Positions 25,337 through 39,711 of a DNA stretch of 64,000 bases are shown here, in pieces. Each line of letters begins with the position of its first letter. Positions within the stretch are counted from its first letter, which is position 1. Both the position numbers and the translations under genes were made by a program. The DNA is from Azolla caroliniana. Taxonomy: Eukaryota; Plantae; Polypodiophyta. A model generated the notes under the pieces. The model saw nothing but the letters and a program-made list of their open reading frames with translations, did not search any database and had not been told where the DNA came from. Location of the stretch: NCBI GenBank assembly GCA_043228905.1, contig JBHGNT010000008.1:21328001-21392000 (forward strand), given 5' to 3'.

Positions 25337-28300
25337 TGTGAAAGGAATATGTGTGCGGAAGCGTGTGCGTAAACACAGAGTAATAGTTCGGAAATAAGAC
25401 AGTTCAGTAAACGCAGAAAACACAGAGATGGAGATGGTGAGGAAGAGAGAGAGAGAGCAAACACACCACTATATTTCAAAAAATAATACTCAATCTGTAC
25501 ATAGAATGTGCTCAGTGAGCACTTTTATACAAGTCCATACGGACTGACATAAGTACTTACACGTACTTCAATGCTCATAACTGAGCTCTACACTAACTCC
25601 CAAAATATATTCCTACGCGGAATATCTTTCCAACGGCCTCGCAGTTTACGCACCGCTACGGCCTATTGTGCCCACGGTTTTACGCATCTAGTTTACGCAC
25701 TGGGTTACGCACTCGATTACGCACCGAATGTTGAGCTTGTCTCTCAACACTCCCCCTCAAGCTCAACTTGAGGTTCCGTCCGCTCTTCTGGATCTACGCT
25801 CCAGTTCCTTCTGGCTTCGTGCCTCGCTCGCGCTCCTCGACCCATTCGATTCCGCACGCTTCGACCCTTCTGGTCGGCGTGTTTGCTCGTGCGGCCCTTC
25901 TCAACTCCCTTGCTGTCACGGTGTTGGTGCGTCCTTCACTACCCTTTTCTCCGCATGGCCCTCAATCGATTCGTAATAACCTAATCGAGCATTTCGATTG
26001 AATCGAACGTTTCTGATTCAATTCCGCTTTCATATGAGTTGGCTGTCTCCAATTCGTCTCCTGTCTTTAGGCCTTTGACTACATCAGACCACATCTTGGT
26101 CTTGGCCTTTACGCCCTTCTCGGCTGCATCTCCCACTGATTCGGCTATCCTCGGCTCTTCCCTACGGTTATGGCCCTTGCTCTTTTCTTCGGCTTCTTTA
26201 GCCGGCCCTAAATCGAATTCTTCATCTGATTCCGCGTCACGGTCACTTCCGCTGTGATGACCACCTCCGCTCCTTTCACGCTCTTGTTCTTGTTCGTCTT
26301 CCTTTCTCCCCTTCAAGTTCGGCGTGTCGAGGTGACGCAACCCAAGCTCACCCGAGAAATGCCGTAACTTGTTGAGACCAAGAGGCTTGGTGAAGATGTT
26401 GGCAACTTGCCGATGAGTCGGAACATGCACTAGTTCGACTTCACCTTAAAGGACCCGCTCGCAGACAAAATGGTGATGCACCTCAATGTGCTTGGTCCGA
26501 GCGTGGAATACGGGGTTTTTCGCAAGGTGGATACTGTTGAGGTTATCGCAATAGATCATCGTCGGATCGGACACCTCTACATGCAGATCCCATAATCGCC
26601 GTTTCAGCCAAATGACTTCGCACGTAGTGACAGTCGTCCCTCGATACTCGGCCTCCGTGCTCGACAGTGCTACTGTCGATTGCTTCTTACTGCTCCATGC
26701 GATCTCCGCACTTCCTAGAGAGAATGCGTATCCAGATGTGGATTTACGATCGTGGGCGTTTCTAGCCCAATCGGCATTCGTGTAGCCAACTAAATGTTCG
26801 GCTACGCCTACTCGATATAGCAACGCCATATCTTTCGTGCCGCTTACATATCGCAATATCCTTTGCACGCACTGAAAGTGTTCGGCCATAGGCTACGACA
26901 TAAAGTGACTGATTAAGTCGATCAGGCAGCTAAGATCCCGCCGAGTAATCGTCAAATAGATAAGGCTTCCGACAATCTATCGGGACCGTGTCGGGTCGCA
27001 CACTTTTCCCGAATTTGGGCGAAGCTTTACGTTCCTATTCAGAGGGGTCGAGATGAACTTATAGTCTGCCATCCCGAACTTGAAGAGCATATTCAGCACG
27101 TAATGACGTTGGCTGATCAATATGCCTCCAGGTTTGTGGATCACTTCGATCCCGAGGAAGTAATGAAGGTCTCCAAGGTCCTTCATTTCGAATGATGCCA
27201 CAAGTTGAGACTTTACACGACGGATTTCGTTTAGGACGGCACCGGCGATGACTAAATCATCAACATACAATAGAAGACTTACTGGGCCATGTTGACCTTG
27301 CCGAACAAACAGTGACGAGTCTGATTTTGACGTTGTAAACCCCATCCTACGCAACTGTTGCGTAATCTTCACGTTCCAGGCTTGCGGGGCTTGCTTAAGT
27401 TCGTAGAGTGACTTCTTCAGTCGGCAAACTGCCGAAGTGTTCTGTTCGGATAGAAATCCGCGGGGTTGTACCATGTACACCTGTTCCTCAAGATCACCTT
27501 GCAAGAACGCATTCTTTACATCCATCTGATGTAAGTGCCACCCCTTTGCCGCAACTACGGCTAGCAGAACTCGCACGGTAGTCATCTTCACGACAGGTGC
27601 GAAGGTCTCGTCATAATCTACGTCGTGCTTCTGCACGTGGCTATTCCCAACCAATCGGGCCTTATAGCGGTTGACAGAGCCACCGGTGTTGTACTTGACC
27701 TTGTACGCCCACCTACATCCGATCGGCTTTACACTCGTCGGTGCGTCAACCAGGTCCCAGCAGCACGCCAGTTTGCGTATTTCGCCGCTTCTACGTAGCT
27801 CTCCGGCTCACGCATTTCCGCCACTCGCATCATGTACACGTAATGATGCGCCATGTACTCATTATATCCGTATCTTTTCACGGGGTTCTTCTGGCGGGTA
27901 CATCGGCGTAATTCGTGATTACCTGATTTCACGACCTTTCCGATTGATTCCGACCTCTTCCTTGGAGGTTCCTTCTCAATTGGCCCGTAGTCAGACTCGC
28001 TTCGATCTGACTCGGCACTGCCGGAATCGTACTCCAGCATTTTATTCTTGCCCTTCTCTTTTGTGCGTAAACCATCTCCTCGGTTCTTTACGCGGGGACA
28101 CCACGACTGAGTCTTCACTACTCACCATCTCTTCAATAGGTGGGCCATTTCGGCCCAACCCCTCATTCGGCTCACTTAGCCGAAATGAGATCGGACTCTC
28201 TCTCAGAGCTCCGATTTCTTCATCATGCAGAGGCATTTCGGCCTCGCTAACTTCGTCCTCAGAATTCGGAATGGAGTTATGAGGAATTGGAGGTGAGGGC

Positions 28301-30728
28301 AAGTACCACGAAGCGGACTCATCGAATACACCGTCTCAACTTATGCGTACTTCCTTTGTTCGGGGGTTATAACACTTATACCCCTTCTGCTCGTCTGAAT
28401 AGCTGACCAAGATACACTTGTCGGCTTTGGTGTCCAACTTCCTCCTCTTTTCCTTCGGCACGTGTACATATGTGATGCGGCAAAATATCCTCAAGTGTGC
28501 CAAGTTCGGCTTCTTCCCGAAATACAGCTCAGCTGGCGACACTCCTCTATTAGCAGAAGTCAATTCTGCAAGTAGACAGCCGTCTTCACGGCCTTAGCCC
28601 AATAAAATTTCGGCGTATGCTTCTCTTCAATCATTGCCCTAGCCGCTTCTTCGATTGTCCGATTCTTCCTTTCGGCTACGCCGTTTTCCTCCGGCGTATA
28701 TCTACACGAGAATTCACGCCGAATTCCCTCCTTCTGTAGATAACTCGTGAAGTGGTCGGAGAAGTACTCCTTCCCGCCATCGGACCGTAGGCATTTGATC
28801 TTATGCCCTGTTTCCCTTTCCTCAAGGCTCTTCACCTTTAGGGAACATGCGAAGACTTCGCTCTTCTTCGCAATCGAGCATACCCATGTGTGCCGAGTGA
28901 AGTTGTGCCGATCCCCACAAATCTGAATGGATCAAATCCAGCGGATTTTGACTATGATTTCGCTCGTTGGGGAATGGAAGTCAGTGTTGTTTTCCCATCT
29001 CACAGGCTTCGCAGACTTGGCCATTCCGGCCCCGAAATTTTGGCAAGCCGAAAACAATGTTCTTCGTCTGCAACTCATGAAGCCGTGGGAAATTTACATG
29101 GCCGAACCGCTTGTGCCACAGGTCGATATCTGATTAGACCTTTTGTACCTTCGCGTACAACGCAGTTCCGGCTTGATTAGTGTCGAGGATAAACATCCTT
29201 CATTCACGGCACCCTTGCACAATTACTTTGCCTTCCTCTTCTATGAAGCAGCCGAGATGCGTGAATCGAACTTGCATACCTTGGTCGACGATGTGTCTGA
29301 CCGACACAAGATTCTTGATTATTTTCGGGACATGCAACACGTTCATGAGTTTCCCTTTCTGCCCAACGTGGCTAAGGGGAACTTCACCGACATATTCGAT
29401 GGTATCCGGAGTGTCATCTCCGGTTTCGACCACTCCTTGCAATTCCGGTTTCTCCAAGTATGAGAACCATTCCTCGTGACTCGTCATATGATTTGACGCT
29501 CTGGAATCAACATACCACACCTCGCTCGATTTCGAGGTGTTCACAGCCATCGAATTGGGCTTATGCTTCATTACGAAGGCGGGGCCCAATCCATTTCCGG
29601 CTCGTTCGAAGCTCTCAGCGTAGTGCGACTTTTGACGTCTTCCCGTGTCTCTTCTGCTCGATCCAGCTTTGTCTGAATCGGCTTGTTTCTTCCAGCACTC
29701 GCTCTCCTTGTGGCCTTTCTTGCCACAGTACCAGCATTCCGACACGTCCTTCTCTTGCCGGCTTCCGGCGCCGCCATGACTCCCCCTGCTTGTGAAGGGT
29801 CCGGAACTGTTGTCAGCATTTCGATTATGCCGCCTGTTCTGCTCTTGTCGACCGCCTCCATTGCGCGCCGATCCACCTCGTCCACCATGACCATGGGGAC
29901 TATCTTCCTCCTGTACAACATCTTGCCATGGACGTGCGTATTCGTCGACACACCCGCGTGGTTTTCCTCCACAAGCAGCATTGAATGAAGCTCGAAGAAT
30001 GAAGGCGTATTCTCCCTCGTACATACTGCTGTTCGGAACGCTCCGAACTTTGACGCTAGCCCACCCAGATAAACCTACACCATTTCTTCCTCCTCGACGT
30101 TCACGTTGACGGAGGTGAGAGAGTCGCAGATTTCCTTGATTCGGGCCGTATAGTCGGCCATAGATAGATCTTTCTATCGGACATTGCTGAGCTCCTGTCT
30201 GAGCTGCAGCTTCCTGGCCATTGTGCTTGCGGCAAAAATCTTTTTGAGATTCACCCATGTGTCCTTTGGTGTCTTAGCATCCCGAATATAGATCAATAGT
30301 TGGTCACTCACACAGGATGCAAAACAATAGAGAACTCTACTTGCCGCCTGTTCCCAAGCTGGGAAGTCCTTGTGTGTCGAATCGGGTACTACATCATTAG
30401 CTCCTTCGACATAACTCCAGTAGCCGTGACCGAGTAGGTACTGGTGCATCTTGTACAACCAAGATGCATAGTTGCTCCTGTCGAGCTTTTCAGTCGGTAG
30501 CGAGCTTCCCATTCCTCTGTCCATATTGTTGTCTTTTTCTTTTCCGAAAACAACTTCAACTCTGTTTTGTCGCAAGCTTTTCTTGTCGGCTGCAGAGGAC
30601 TTCAACCCTCACGCTCTGATACCATGTGAAAGGAATATGTGTGCGGAAGCGTGTGCGTAAACACAGAGTAATAGTTTGGAAATAAGACAGTTCAGTAAAC
30701 GCAGAAAATACAGAGATGGAGATGGTGA

Positions 30729-30817
<89 letters not shown>

Positions 30818-31105
30818 CAAACACACCACTATATTTCAAAAAATAATACTCAATCTGTACATAGAATGTGCTCAGTGAGCACTTTTATACAAGTCCATAC
30901 GGACTAACATAAGTACTGACACGTACTTCAATGGTTAGAACTGAGCTCTACACTAACTCCCAAAATATATTCCTATGCGGAATATCTTTCCAACGGCCTC
31001 GCGGTTTGCACACCGCTACAGTCTATTGTGCACCCGGTTTTACGCAGTTTACACACTGGGTTACGCACCCGACTACGCACCGAATGTTAAGCTTGTCTCT
31101 CAACA
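25337..31105 (-). mobile_element. Ty1/copia element #3 (Ale-like family shared with #4 and #5), degenerate
   Basis: LTRs 25337-25749 and 30625-31105. TSD tatat. iMet PBS directly adjacent to the LTR (30613-30624). PPT cttgagggggag. Broken gag-pol 30524-25744. Confidence 0.96.
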
Positions 31106-31629
31106 TATATTATATGTGTGGGATTCACAAATGTGCCATCTATTTCTCTCTTGCAATCTAAATTCATATTCCTTCCTAAACATTAATGAATACACTATAC
31201 TCATGGGATTCATGAGTTTCATATCTTTCTTTCTTATAATCTATTCATATTCATAATTAAACTCATCTCAAATTCTTTCTCCTCCTAGTCCAAAACCCCA
31301 GCGGTTCCCACTGACTCACGCAACGATTCGGCGCCGAAAGACACGACAATGCTTCTACGTAGGCTCTTTGATAGAAACATAAGAAATTAGAAGTATACAC
31401 ACAAATCAGAAATTAGAAGTAAAAACACAATTAGCATTACCTTTCACACGATCAGGTTGAGCCAAAATTGGAGAATTTGTTTGAAAAAGGACATGTTCAA
31501 CAATTCCAACGGCCCTTCTCATACATTCATCTTCATCATAAAATTCATCAGTTCCTACTAAGGAACGACCGTGAACTTTTAAGTTTGCAGCAGACTTTGT
31601 AGTTAGTAGCGCGGGGGTTGGTTAGTGAA

Positions 31630-34600
31630 TGTAGAAAGTAGCGTGCGGAAGCAAGTATGAAGACAGAACAGAAGGAAGAACACTCAGGTTTAATGGAGAG
31701 CTTGAGCTTACACGGTATACGTCGGGAGAGACAGAGAGAATGAGAGAGAATTATATTCAACAAAAACAATCTCGATTTTCTACTCTATACATATGTGTGT
31801 TCCATGAACACTTTTATACAAGTCCTCGAAGGACTGACCGAAGTACTGACAGTACTTCAATGCTCATTAAGAGCACCTACACTAACTCCCAAATATATTC
31901 CTCACGGAATATCTTCCTAACGGCCTCCCGGTTTACGCACCGATCCGGCCCTACCTACGCACCAGTCTACGTACCGGTTTACGCATTCGGCCTAACCGAT
32001 CGGTCCCAACCGATCCGGTCCTCGGCTTCTTCAGCCGATCCGGCCGATGTTGAGCTTGTCTCTCAACACTCCCCCTCAAGCTCAACTTGAGGCTCTTCGG
32101 GCTCTTCGGGCTCACAGCTCCGGTTCCTCCTGGCTTCACGCCTCGCTCGCGCTCCTCGACCTGTTCGACTCCGCGCGCTTCGACCCTTCCGGTCGGCTTG
32201 TCTGCTCATGTGGCCCTTATCAGCTCTTATGCTGTTGCAGTGTCGACACTTCTTCTGCTGCCTTTTCTTCCGCTTGGGCCTCGGTTGATTCAACGTGTCT
32301 GAATCAAACATCCGAACCGACTCGGCTACCTCCGATCGGTTTTCGCTCTCATCCGAGTTGGCTGTCTCCAACTCATCTTTGGTCTTCTCGCCCTCGATGG
32401 CATCATCTCCCCCATGCGTGGTTGGCTTCGGCTCTCTCCTTCGGCTGCTCCCCTTCTGTCCGCTTTCGGCCTTTTCCGCGGGTCCGCCCTCGGCTTCTTC
32501 AGCCGATCCGAAGTCAAACTCGACAACCAAGTCAACCGACTCGGACTCGGTGTCGCGGTCTCCGCTCCTTTCCTGCTGCCTTGCTTGGTTGTTCAGGACT
32601 GTTCTCCCCCTCAAGTTTGGCACGTCGGGGTGACGCAATCCGAGCGCACCTAAGAATTGCCGCAACTTGTCTAGACCAAGAGGCTTTGTGAAGATGTCGG
32701 CAGGCTGCCGATCCGTCGGCACGTACTGAAGTTCGACTTCACCGGAAAGGACACGCTCACGGACAAAATGGTAATGCACCTCAATGTGCTTGGTTCGTGC
32801 GTGGAAGACGAGGTTCTTCGCGAGCTGGATGCTGCTGAGGTTGACGTAGTAGATCGTCGTCGGATCCTTAAGTAGGTCCTTAAGTAGCCGCTTCAACCAT
32901 ATGGCTTCGTATGTCGCGATAGCCGCTCCTCGGTACTCAGCTTCGGTGCTCGACAGTGCAACTGTCGGCTGCTTCTTACTGCTCCACGCGATCGCGGCAC
33001 TCCCGAGGGAGAACGCGTATCCGGACGTGGATCGGTGATCGGCGGCATTGCCAGCCCAATCAGCATCGGTGTAGCCGACTAACCGCGCGACTGCACTGGT
33101 CCGATATAGCAGTCCCCGGTCCTTAGTGCCGTTGACATACCGAAGTATGCGTTGCGCGCACTGAAGGTGCTCCTCGGTAGGTCGCGCCATGAACTGACTG
33201 ATCACTCTGACCGGATAACTAAGGTCGGGTCAGGTGATGGTCAAGTATATGAGGCTTCCGACAATTTGTCGGAACCTCGTCGGGTCGCATACCTTTCCCG
33301 TATCGGGACGAAGCTTGACGGTTCTGTCCAGAGGAGTCGAGACGGACTTACAGTCGGCCATCGCGAATTTGAAGAGCATACTCAGCACGTAATGGCGTTG
33401 GCTGATCAATATGCCTTCGGGGGTACGGATCACTTCGATCTCGAGGAAGTAATGAAGGTCCCCCAGATCCTTCATGTCGAACGATGCCACAAGCTGGAGC
33501 TTCACGCGGTCGATTTCACCTAGGTCGGCGCCGGTGATGACCAAGTCATCAACATATAGTAGAATACTAACCGGTCCGAGTCGACCTTTCCGGATGAACA
33601 GGGAAGAGTCCGATTTTGACGTGACGAAGCCCATCCGACGCAGTTGTTGCGTGATCTTCGCGTTCCAGGCACGTGGGGCTTGCTTCACTCCGTAAAGGGA
33701 CTTCTTCAGTCGGCAGACTGCCGAGGAGTTCGTTCCGGAGTGAAATCCGGGGGGCTGTACCATGTTCACCTGTTCCTCAAGGTCACCTTGCAGGAACGCA
33801 TTCTTTACATCCATCTGATGTAAGTGTCACCCCTTCACCGCAGCTACTGCGAGCAAAACACGGACGGTCGTCATTTTCGCGACCGGCGCAAACGTCTCAT
33901 CGTAGTCGATGCCATGTTTCTGCGAGTAGCCCTTCGCCACTAGCCGAGCCTTGTACCGGTTGACCGAGCCATCGGTGTTGTACTTGACCTTGTACACCCA
34001 CCTACACCCGATCGGTTTTACCCCTTTTGGTGCGTCAACCAGGTCCCAAGTCTTGTTCTCCGCCAATGCCTGCATCTCTTCCTCCATCGCGGCACGCCAA
34101 TTCGTGTCTTTAGCCGCTTCTGCGTAGCTCTCAGGTTCACGCACTTCCGCTACACGGGTCATGTACGCATAATGATGCGCCATGTACTCGTTGTATCCGA
34201 ACCGCAAAACATAATTCTTCTGGCGGGTAGATCGGCGCAATCTCACATTAGCCGATGTCGAGGCCTTCTCGGTCGACGCGATCTTCATCTTTAAAGACCC
34301 GTCACTAGTTCCCTCAGAGTCGGACTCGCGTCAATCTAACTCGTTCCTATCCGTGCCGGAATCCAACACCTTCTTCTTCCCTTTCTCTTCGCGCGTAAGC
34401 CGTCTCCTTGGCTTCCTACGCGGGGAATGCACGACCAAGTCTCCACTACTCGCCGGCTCTTCATCGGAGTGATCGTACCGACTGAGTCATCCAATCGGTC
34501 CACTTAACCGGAGTGAAATCAGACTCTCTTCGCGGGTCTCGATTTCGGGCTCATCAGGAGGCATCTCGGCCCCGTTGACCTCATCGTCAGAGCTCGGATT

Positions 34601-37395
34601 GGAGTCAAGGTTCGTATTTGGGGGCAGGTACCAGGACGCGGACTCGTCAAACACAACGTCGCGGCTGACACGCGCTTGTTTGGTGCGAGGGTTATAGCAG
34701 TTATAACCCTTCTGCTCGTCCGAGTAACCGACCAAGATGCATTTCTCGGCCTTTGCGTCCAGCTTCCTCCTTTTCTCCTTCGGTATATGCACATACGCAA
34801 TGCTACCGAACACCCTCAAGTGTCGCAAGTTTGGCTTCATTCCGAAATATTGCTCATGCGCCGACACTTTGTCTCCGATCCGGTTCTGGATGTATACCGC
34901 GGTCCTTACCGCCTCGGCCCAATAGAACTTGGGCAAGCTCTTCTCCTCTAGCATTGCCCATGCCACTTCCACAACTGACCGATTCTTCCTCTCGGCCACG
35001 CCGTTCTGCTCTGGCGTGTATCTGCAACTGAATTCGCGCCGAATTCCCATTTGTTGTAGATAACTGTTGAATTGACCGGAAAAGTACTCTTTCCCGCCAT
35101 CCGACCACAGGCACTTGATCTTTCGTCCCGTTTCCGTTTCCACGAACCCTTTGAGGTCCCAGAAACAGTCGAAGACTTCACTCTTCCTCTCAATGAGGTA
35201 GATCCACGTGTGCCACGTGTGGTCATCGATAAAGGAGAAAATATCGGCTCCCGCCAAGACTAACGTTTTGTGCCGGCCCCCATACATCGGAGTGTATAAG
35301 GTCAAGCTTGTTCCGGCTCTGGTTTCGCTCGTTGGGGAAGGGAAGTCGGTGTTGCTTCCCGAGCTGGCAGGCTTCACAAATTTGTGCCTTTCGGCCACTA
35401 AATTTGGGCAATCCGAACACTACCTGTTTTGATTGCAGATCTTGAAGCCGCTGTTAGTTGACGTGGCCTATCCGCTTGTGCCACAAGTCGATGTCCGACT
35501 CGGCTTTTTGTCCCTTCGCGAACATTGCGGTGCCGCCATCAGTGGAATCGAGGATGAACATCCTCCCGTCTCTGCGCCCTTGCGCAATCACACGACCTTC
35601 TTCCTCAATGAAGCACCCGAGGTGTGTAAACCGAACCTCCATCCCTTGGTCGACGATCTGTCCGACCGAGACCAAGTTTTTCGTGATTGTCAGAACATGT
35701 AGCACGTTCATGAGTTTCCCTTTCTGCCCGACATGGGTAAGGGGAACTTCTCCGACATTCGCGATCGGATGCGGAGTGTCGTCTCCAGTTGCGACTACTC
35801 CAGGTTGTATCGGTTTTTCTAGGTACGAGAACCACTCCTTATGGCTCATCATGTGGTTTGACGCGCCGGAGTCTACGTACCACACCTCGTCTAATCTCGG
35901 GGTGCTCTGTTTCATTGAGTTTGCTTCGTGTCTCAACACGAAGGTAGACCCTTCTCTGTCTCTCCCAGAGTCTTCGGCGTAGTGCGATCGCTGTCGATTT
36001 CCCTTGTCGGTATGTCTGGAGCCGTTTCCGGAACCGGTTCTCTCCAAATCGGCGCACTTCTTCCAACACTCACTTTCCCTGTGGCCTTTCTTGCCACAGT
36101 ACCAGCACTCCGCGATGGCCTTCCCTTGCCGGTTCCCATCGCTTCGACTCCCCCTGTTTCCGGAGGGTCCGGAGTTGCTGTCGGCATCACTTCGGTGCCT
36201 TCTTCCTTGATCTCGTCGACCACTTCCATTGCGTACTGACTCGCCTCGTCTGCCACGACCACGGGGCCTTTCTCCCTCCGTGTACAACATCTTGTTGTCG
36301 GTGTGCGTGCTCGTCGACGCACCCGCATGGTTCTCCTCTACTAGGAGCATCGACTGTAGGTCGAAAAAGGACGGCGTATTCTCCCGGGTACACACAGCCG
36401 TTCGGAACGCTCCGAACTTCGACGCCAAACCTCCGAGACAGATCTAGACCATCTCGCTCTTCTCGATGTTCACCTCTATGGAGGCGAGGGAGTCGCAGAT
36501 ATCCTTGATCTTCGAGGTATAGTCAGCCACCAACAAGTCGCATTGTCGTAGGTTGCTCAACTCCTGTCGGAGCTGAAGCTTCCTGGCTGTGGTGCTCGCG
36601 GCGAAGATCTTCTTCAGATTTTCCCACGCACCCTTCGGCGTCTTTGCATCCCAAACATAGCTCAATAGTTGTTCGCCCACACACGACGCGAAGCAGTATA
36701 ATACCCTGCTCGCCCATTGCTCCCATGACGGGAAGTCTTTGTGTGTCGATTCAGGTGCCGCATCATTAGCTCCTTCGACATAACTCCAGTAGCCGTGCCC
36801 GAGCAGGTACTGGTGCATCTTGTAGGACCAAGATGCGTAGTTGGTTCTGTCGAGCTTCTCTGTTGGAAGCGAGCTCGCCATGCCTCTATCCATCGTTCTT
36901 CTTCGTCAAGTTGTGTCGGTTGCAGAGAGGTTCTCAACCCTCACGCTTTGATACCATGTAGAAAGTAGCGTGCGGAAGCAAGTATGAAGACAGAACAGAA
37001 GGAAGAACACTTAGGTTTAATGGAGAGCTTGAGCTTACACGGTATACGTCGGGAGAGACAGAGAGAATGAGAGAGAACTATATTCAACAAAAACAATCTT
37101 GATTTTCTACTCTATACATATGTGTGTTCCATGAACACTTTTATACAAGTCCTCGAAGGACGGACCAAAGTACTAACAGTACTTCAATGCTCATTAAGAG
37201 CACCTACACTAACTCCCAAATATATTTCTCACGGAATATCTTCCTAACGGCCTCCCGGTTTACGCACCGATCCGGCCCTACCTACGCACCGGTCTACGTA
37301 CCGGTTTACGCATTCGGCCTAACCGATCGGTCCCAACCGATCCGGTCCTCGGCTTCTTCAGCCGATCCGGCCGATGTTGAGCTTGTCTCTCAACA
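31630..37395 (-). mobile_element. Ty1/copia element #4, degenerate gag-pol 36893-32063
   Basis: 439-bp LTRs (31630-32068, 36957-37395). TSD gtgaa. PBS 36945-36956. Motifs CWYCGKKGHRESEC, WYVDSGASNH, SDGGKEY, LYVDDL, RTKHIEVHYHF. Confidence 0.97.
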
Positions 37396-37799
37396 GTGAA
37401 TTACCTTCCCTGGTGTGGTGTTGCTTCATACTACAACATTCATTGCAAGAATCAACAAGATGTCATATTATAACATGAGTTCAATATTACAAATAGAGTA
37501 AAAAATAGTGAAGGAACTTGCGATCGAAGTACTAAACCACCTGGACAAGCATATCTAGGTGGTCATGAACAATGTTAGTACTATTACAACTAAACATCTA
37601 AGACTTTCATGCCCATTTGCCCTACATCCATAGCCTAAGTCACCTGGACACAAAACATACAATGTAATGAACAATGTTAGTACTAATATAAGTTGTACAA
37701 CTAAACCCCTAAGACCTACAGTACTGAATCAACTGAACACCAAGGAATATAATGTAATCAGTATTGTTAGTACTAATACAACTTAAGCCAAATTGTCTT

Positions 37800-38410
37800 C
37801 GGTAACTAAAATACCTAAACATCTTATGGCTATATCACATAAAAAATATATTAAAATACCAAAAAAAGAATGTACATTAGTGTTAGGACATTGGTAGTAC
37901 TAAACATCGAAAATGTAGGAGGTAGTACTAGCCCACCTAAATATACAATGTATTCTAGTACTAAAGGAACTATACACCTAATTCCAGAATGAAGTGTGTA
38001 TTGTGCTAGTAAGGGCCAACATTTACAATACAATGGATTCTAGTACTATACCAATTGTATACCTAATCGCATAATGAAGTGTGTACTATGCTAGTAATAG
38101 CACCTAGATATCTTAGTGCTAAATCATATAAACAATATACTAAAATACCAAAAAAAGAATGTGCAATAGTGTAAGGACATTTGGTAGTACTAAACATCGA
38201 AAATGTAGGAGGTAGTACTAGCCCACATAAATATACAATGTATTCTAATACTAAAGGAACTATACACTTAATTCCATAAAGAAGTGTGTGTGTTGTGCTA
38301 GTAAAGGCCAACATTTACTATACAATGTATTCTAGTACTATACCAACTGTACACCTAAATGCAGAATGAGGTGTGTACTATGCTAGTAGTAGCCCACCTA
38401 AATATACGTA
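37800..38410. repeat. ~290-bp tandem duplication rich in the palindrome tagtacta
   Basis: 'ttggtagtactaaacatcgaaaatgtaggaggtagtactagcccac' occurs at 37891 and 38181. Confidence 0.88.
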
Positions 38411-38654
38411 AGGGATTTAGTCATAGTAGGATGTCTAGTACCACAACAACTATACACCAATTTGTAAAATTAGGTGTGATGATTGCACTAGTATTAAACC
38501 ACATAAATTTCGATGTGCAATATAGTATTTGGAGCCACACCAATACTAAACCATTATTTTCCTAGTGTGTGGTATGAATTTTGGCCTACATTAGTACTAA
38601 ACCAAATGTAAAATGGAATCATATAATACAAATTACACAATAGCAAAATCACAT

Positions 38655-39711
38655 ACCATAGGAGTGAACTTTTAAACCCCAAGCTAAGCACCATTTAGCT
38701 CCAATTTTACTTTTACAGTCCATACATGTATTTTCTTTCTCCAAATGATATGTGTGCAAGCATGGTGTAATGACAACATCCATAGCCTCAAGCTAGAATC
38801 CAAGGCCACAATAACGAGACACAAACTACAATTATTATATTAGCATAGATGATATTTTATACCATAGAATGTCAAAAGGGAAAAATATAAACCAATACTA
38901 TGATAAAGTAATACTTGTAATGGTACTTTCCATGTAAGTGGGATGGTGAACTACATCTAGACACAAAGTATCTAAACCTTTCTCGTTTAGACCCTTCATC
39001 AAACATGCAAAGTTCTTAGAATGTAGCTTTAAGGCTGGCAACTTATCATCAATTTCCACACGAGAAGACCTCCATGTATTAAGATCTCTCTTCTGTGAGC
39101 ACAATTGAGTACCCATATTGGTCACCTCCTTCAACTCCTCTTTCAATACATCACTTTCAAATTTTTGGATTGTTGATGCAATCCATTCGTATGTAGAAGA
39201 TATCGATGAGATTTGCTTCTTTGCCACCATCTCACCTAATGCAACTGCTTCCAAATCGGCAAGCAATGCTTGCATTCTAGATTTTATGGTAGCTATGCAA
39301 CTCAACAATAACTCTTCATGCTTTTCTGTCAGTGTGGCTCTTAGGTGATGAGCAAAATATTCCCAATCAACTTCAATGCCATCGTGAACTTCACATGCAA
39401 ATGCACATGCAAAAACCGTTCCTACCTCGTTGTTTATGACATGTTTAGTGTCATAAACTTGTTCATATAGTGTCTTCAGTTTGGTGATATAATCCTTCTT
39501 CAAGCGGCTAATGTGGAATCCTCACCTTGAATCAGGTTGTGATGAGCTCTAGGTTTTCATCATCCACATGTCTAGGACTTGATAAATGTCAGGTCATGCA
39601 CGAAGGAAATAACCCCATCCTAATTTTGTACCTCGAAGGATGGTTGTGCACATCCTAATCTTTAGCCTTTTTCTGGCGGGGGTCTTCTTACTTTCTTTGA
39701 TGGGGGGCAGA
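38655..39711 (-). pseudogene. Decayed ORF: conserved-looking domain, coiled coil and RING-H2-like finger
   Basis: ORF 39503-38898 (LYEQVY..NNEV..FA..VDWEYFAH, then a coiled coil). Hand translation of ~38820-38660 gives YCGLGF*LEAMDVVITPCLHTYHL..CMDC..WCLAWG. The N-terminal K/T/P-rich part seems to continue at 49807-49930. Confidence 0.55.

Larger units (their letters stand above)
19020..31348 (+). mobile_element. Ty3/gypsy element A (non-chromovirus-like, tRNA-Trp PBS), degenerate; 3' LTR split by Copia #3
   Basis: 5' LTR 19020-19692 (tgtcgt..cacgaca). PBS tggtgaacccgacgtga at 19697, complementary to the plant tRNA-Trp 3' end. PPT gagggggtgag. 3' LTR 24902-25336 plus 31111-31348. Flanks acgt/atgc (imperfect). 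Confidence 0.93.
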
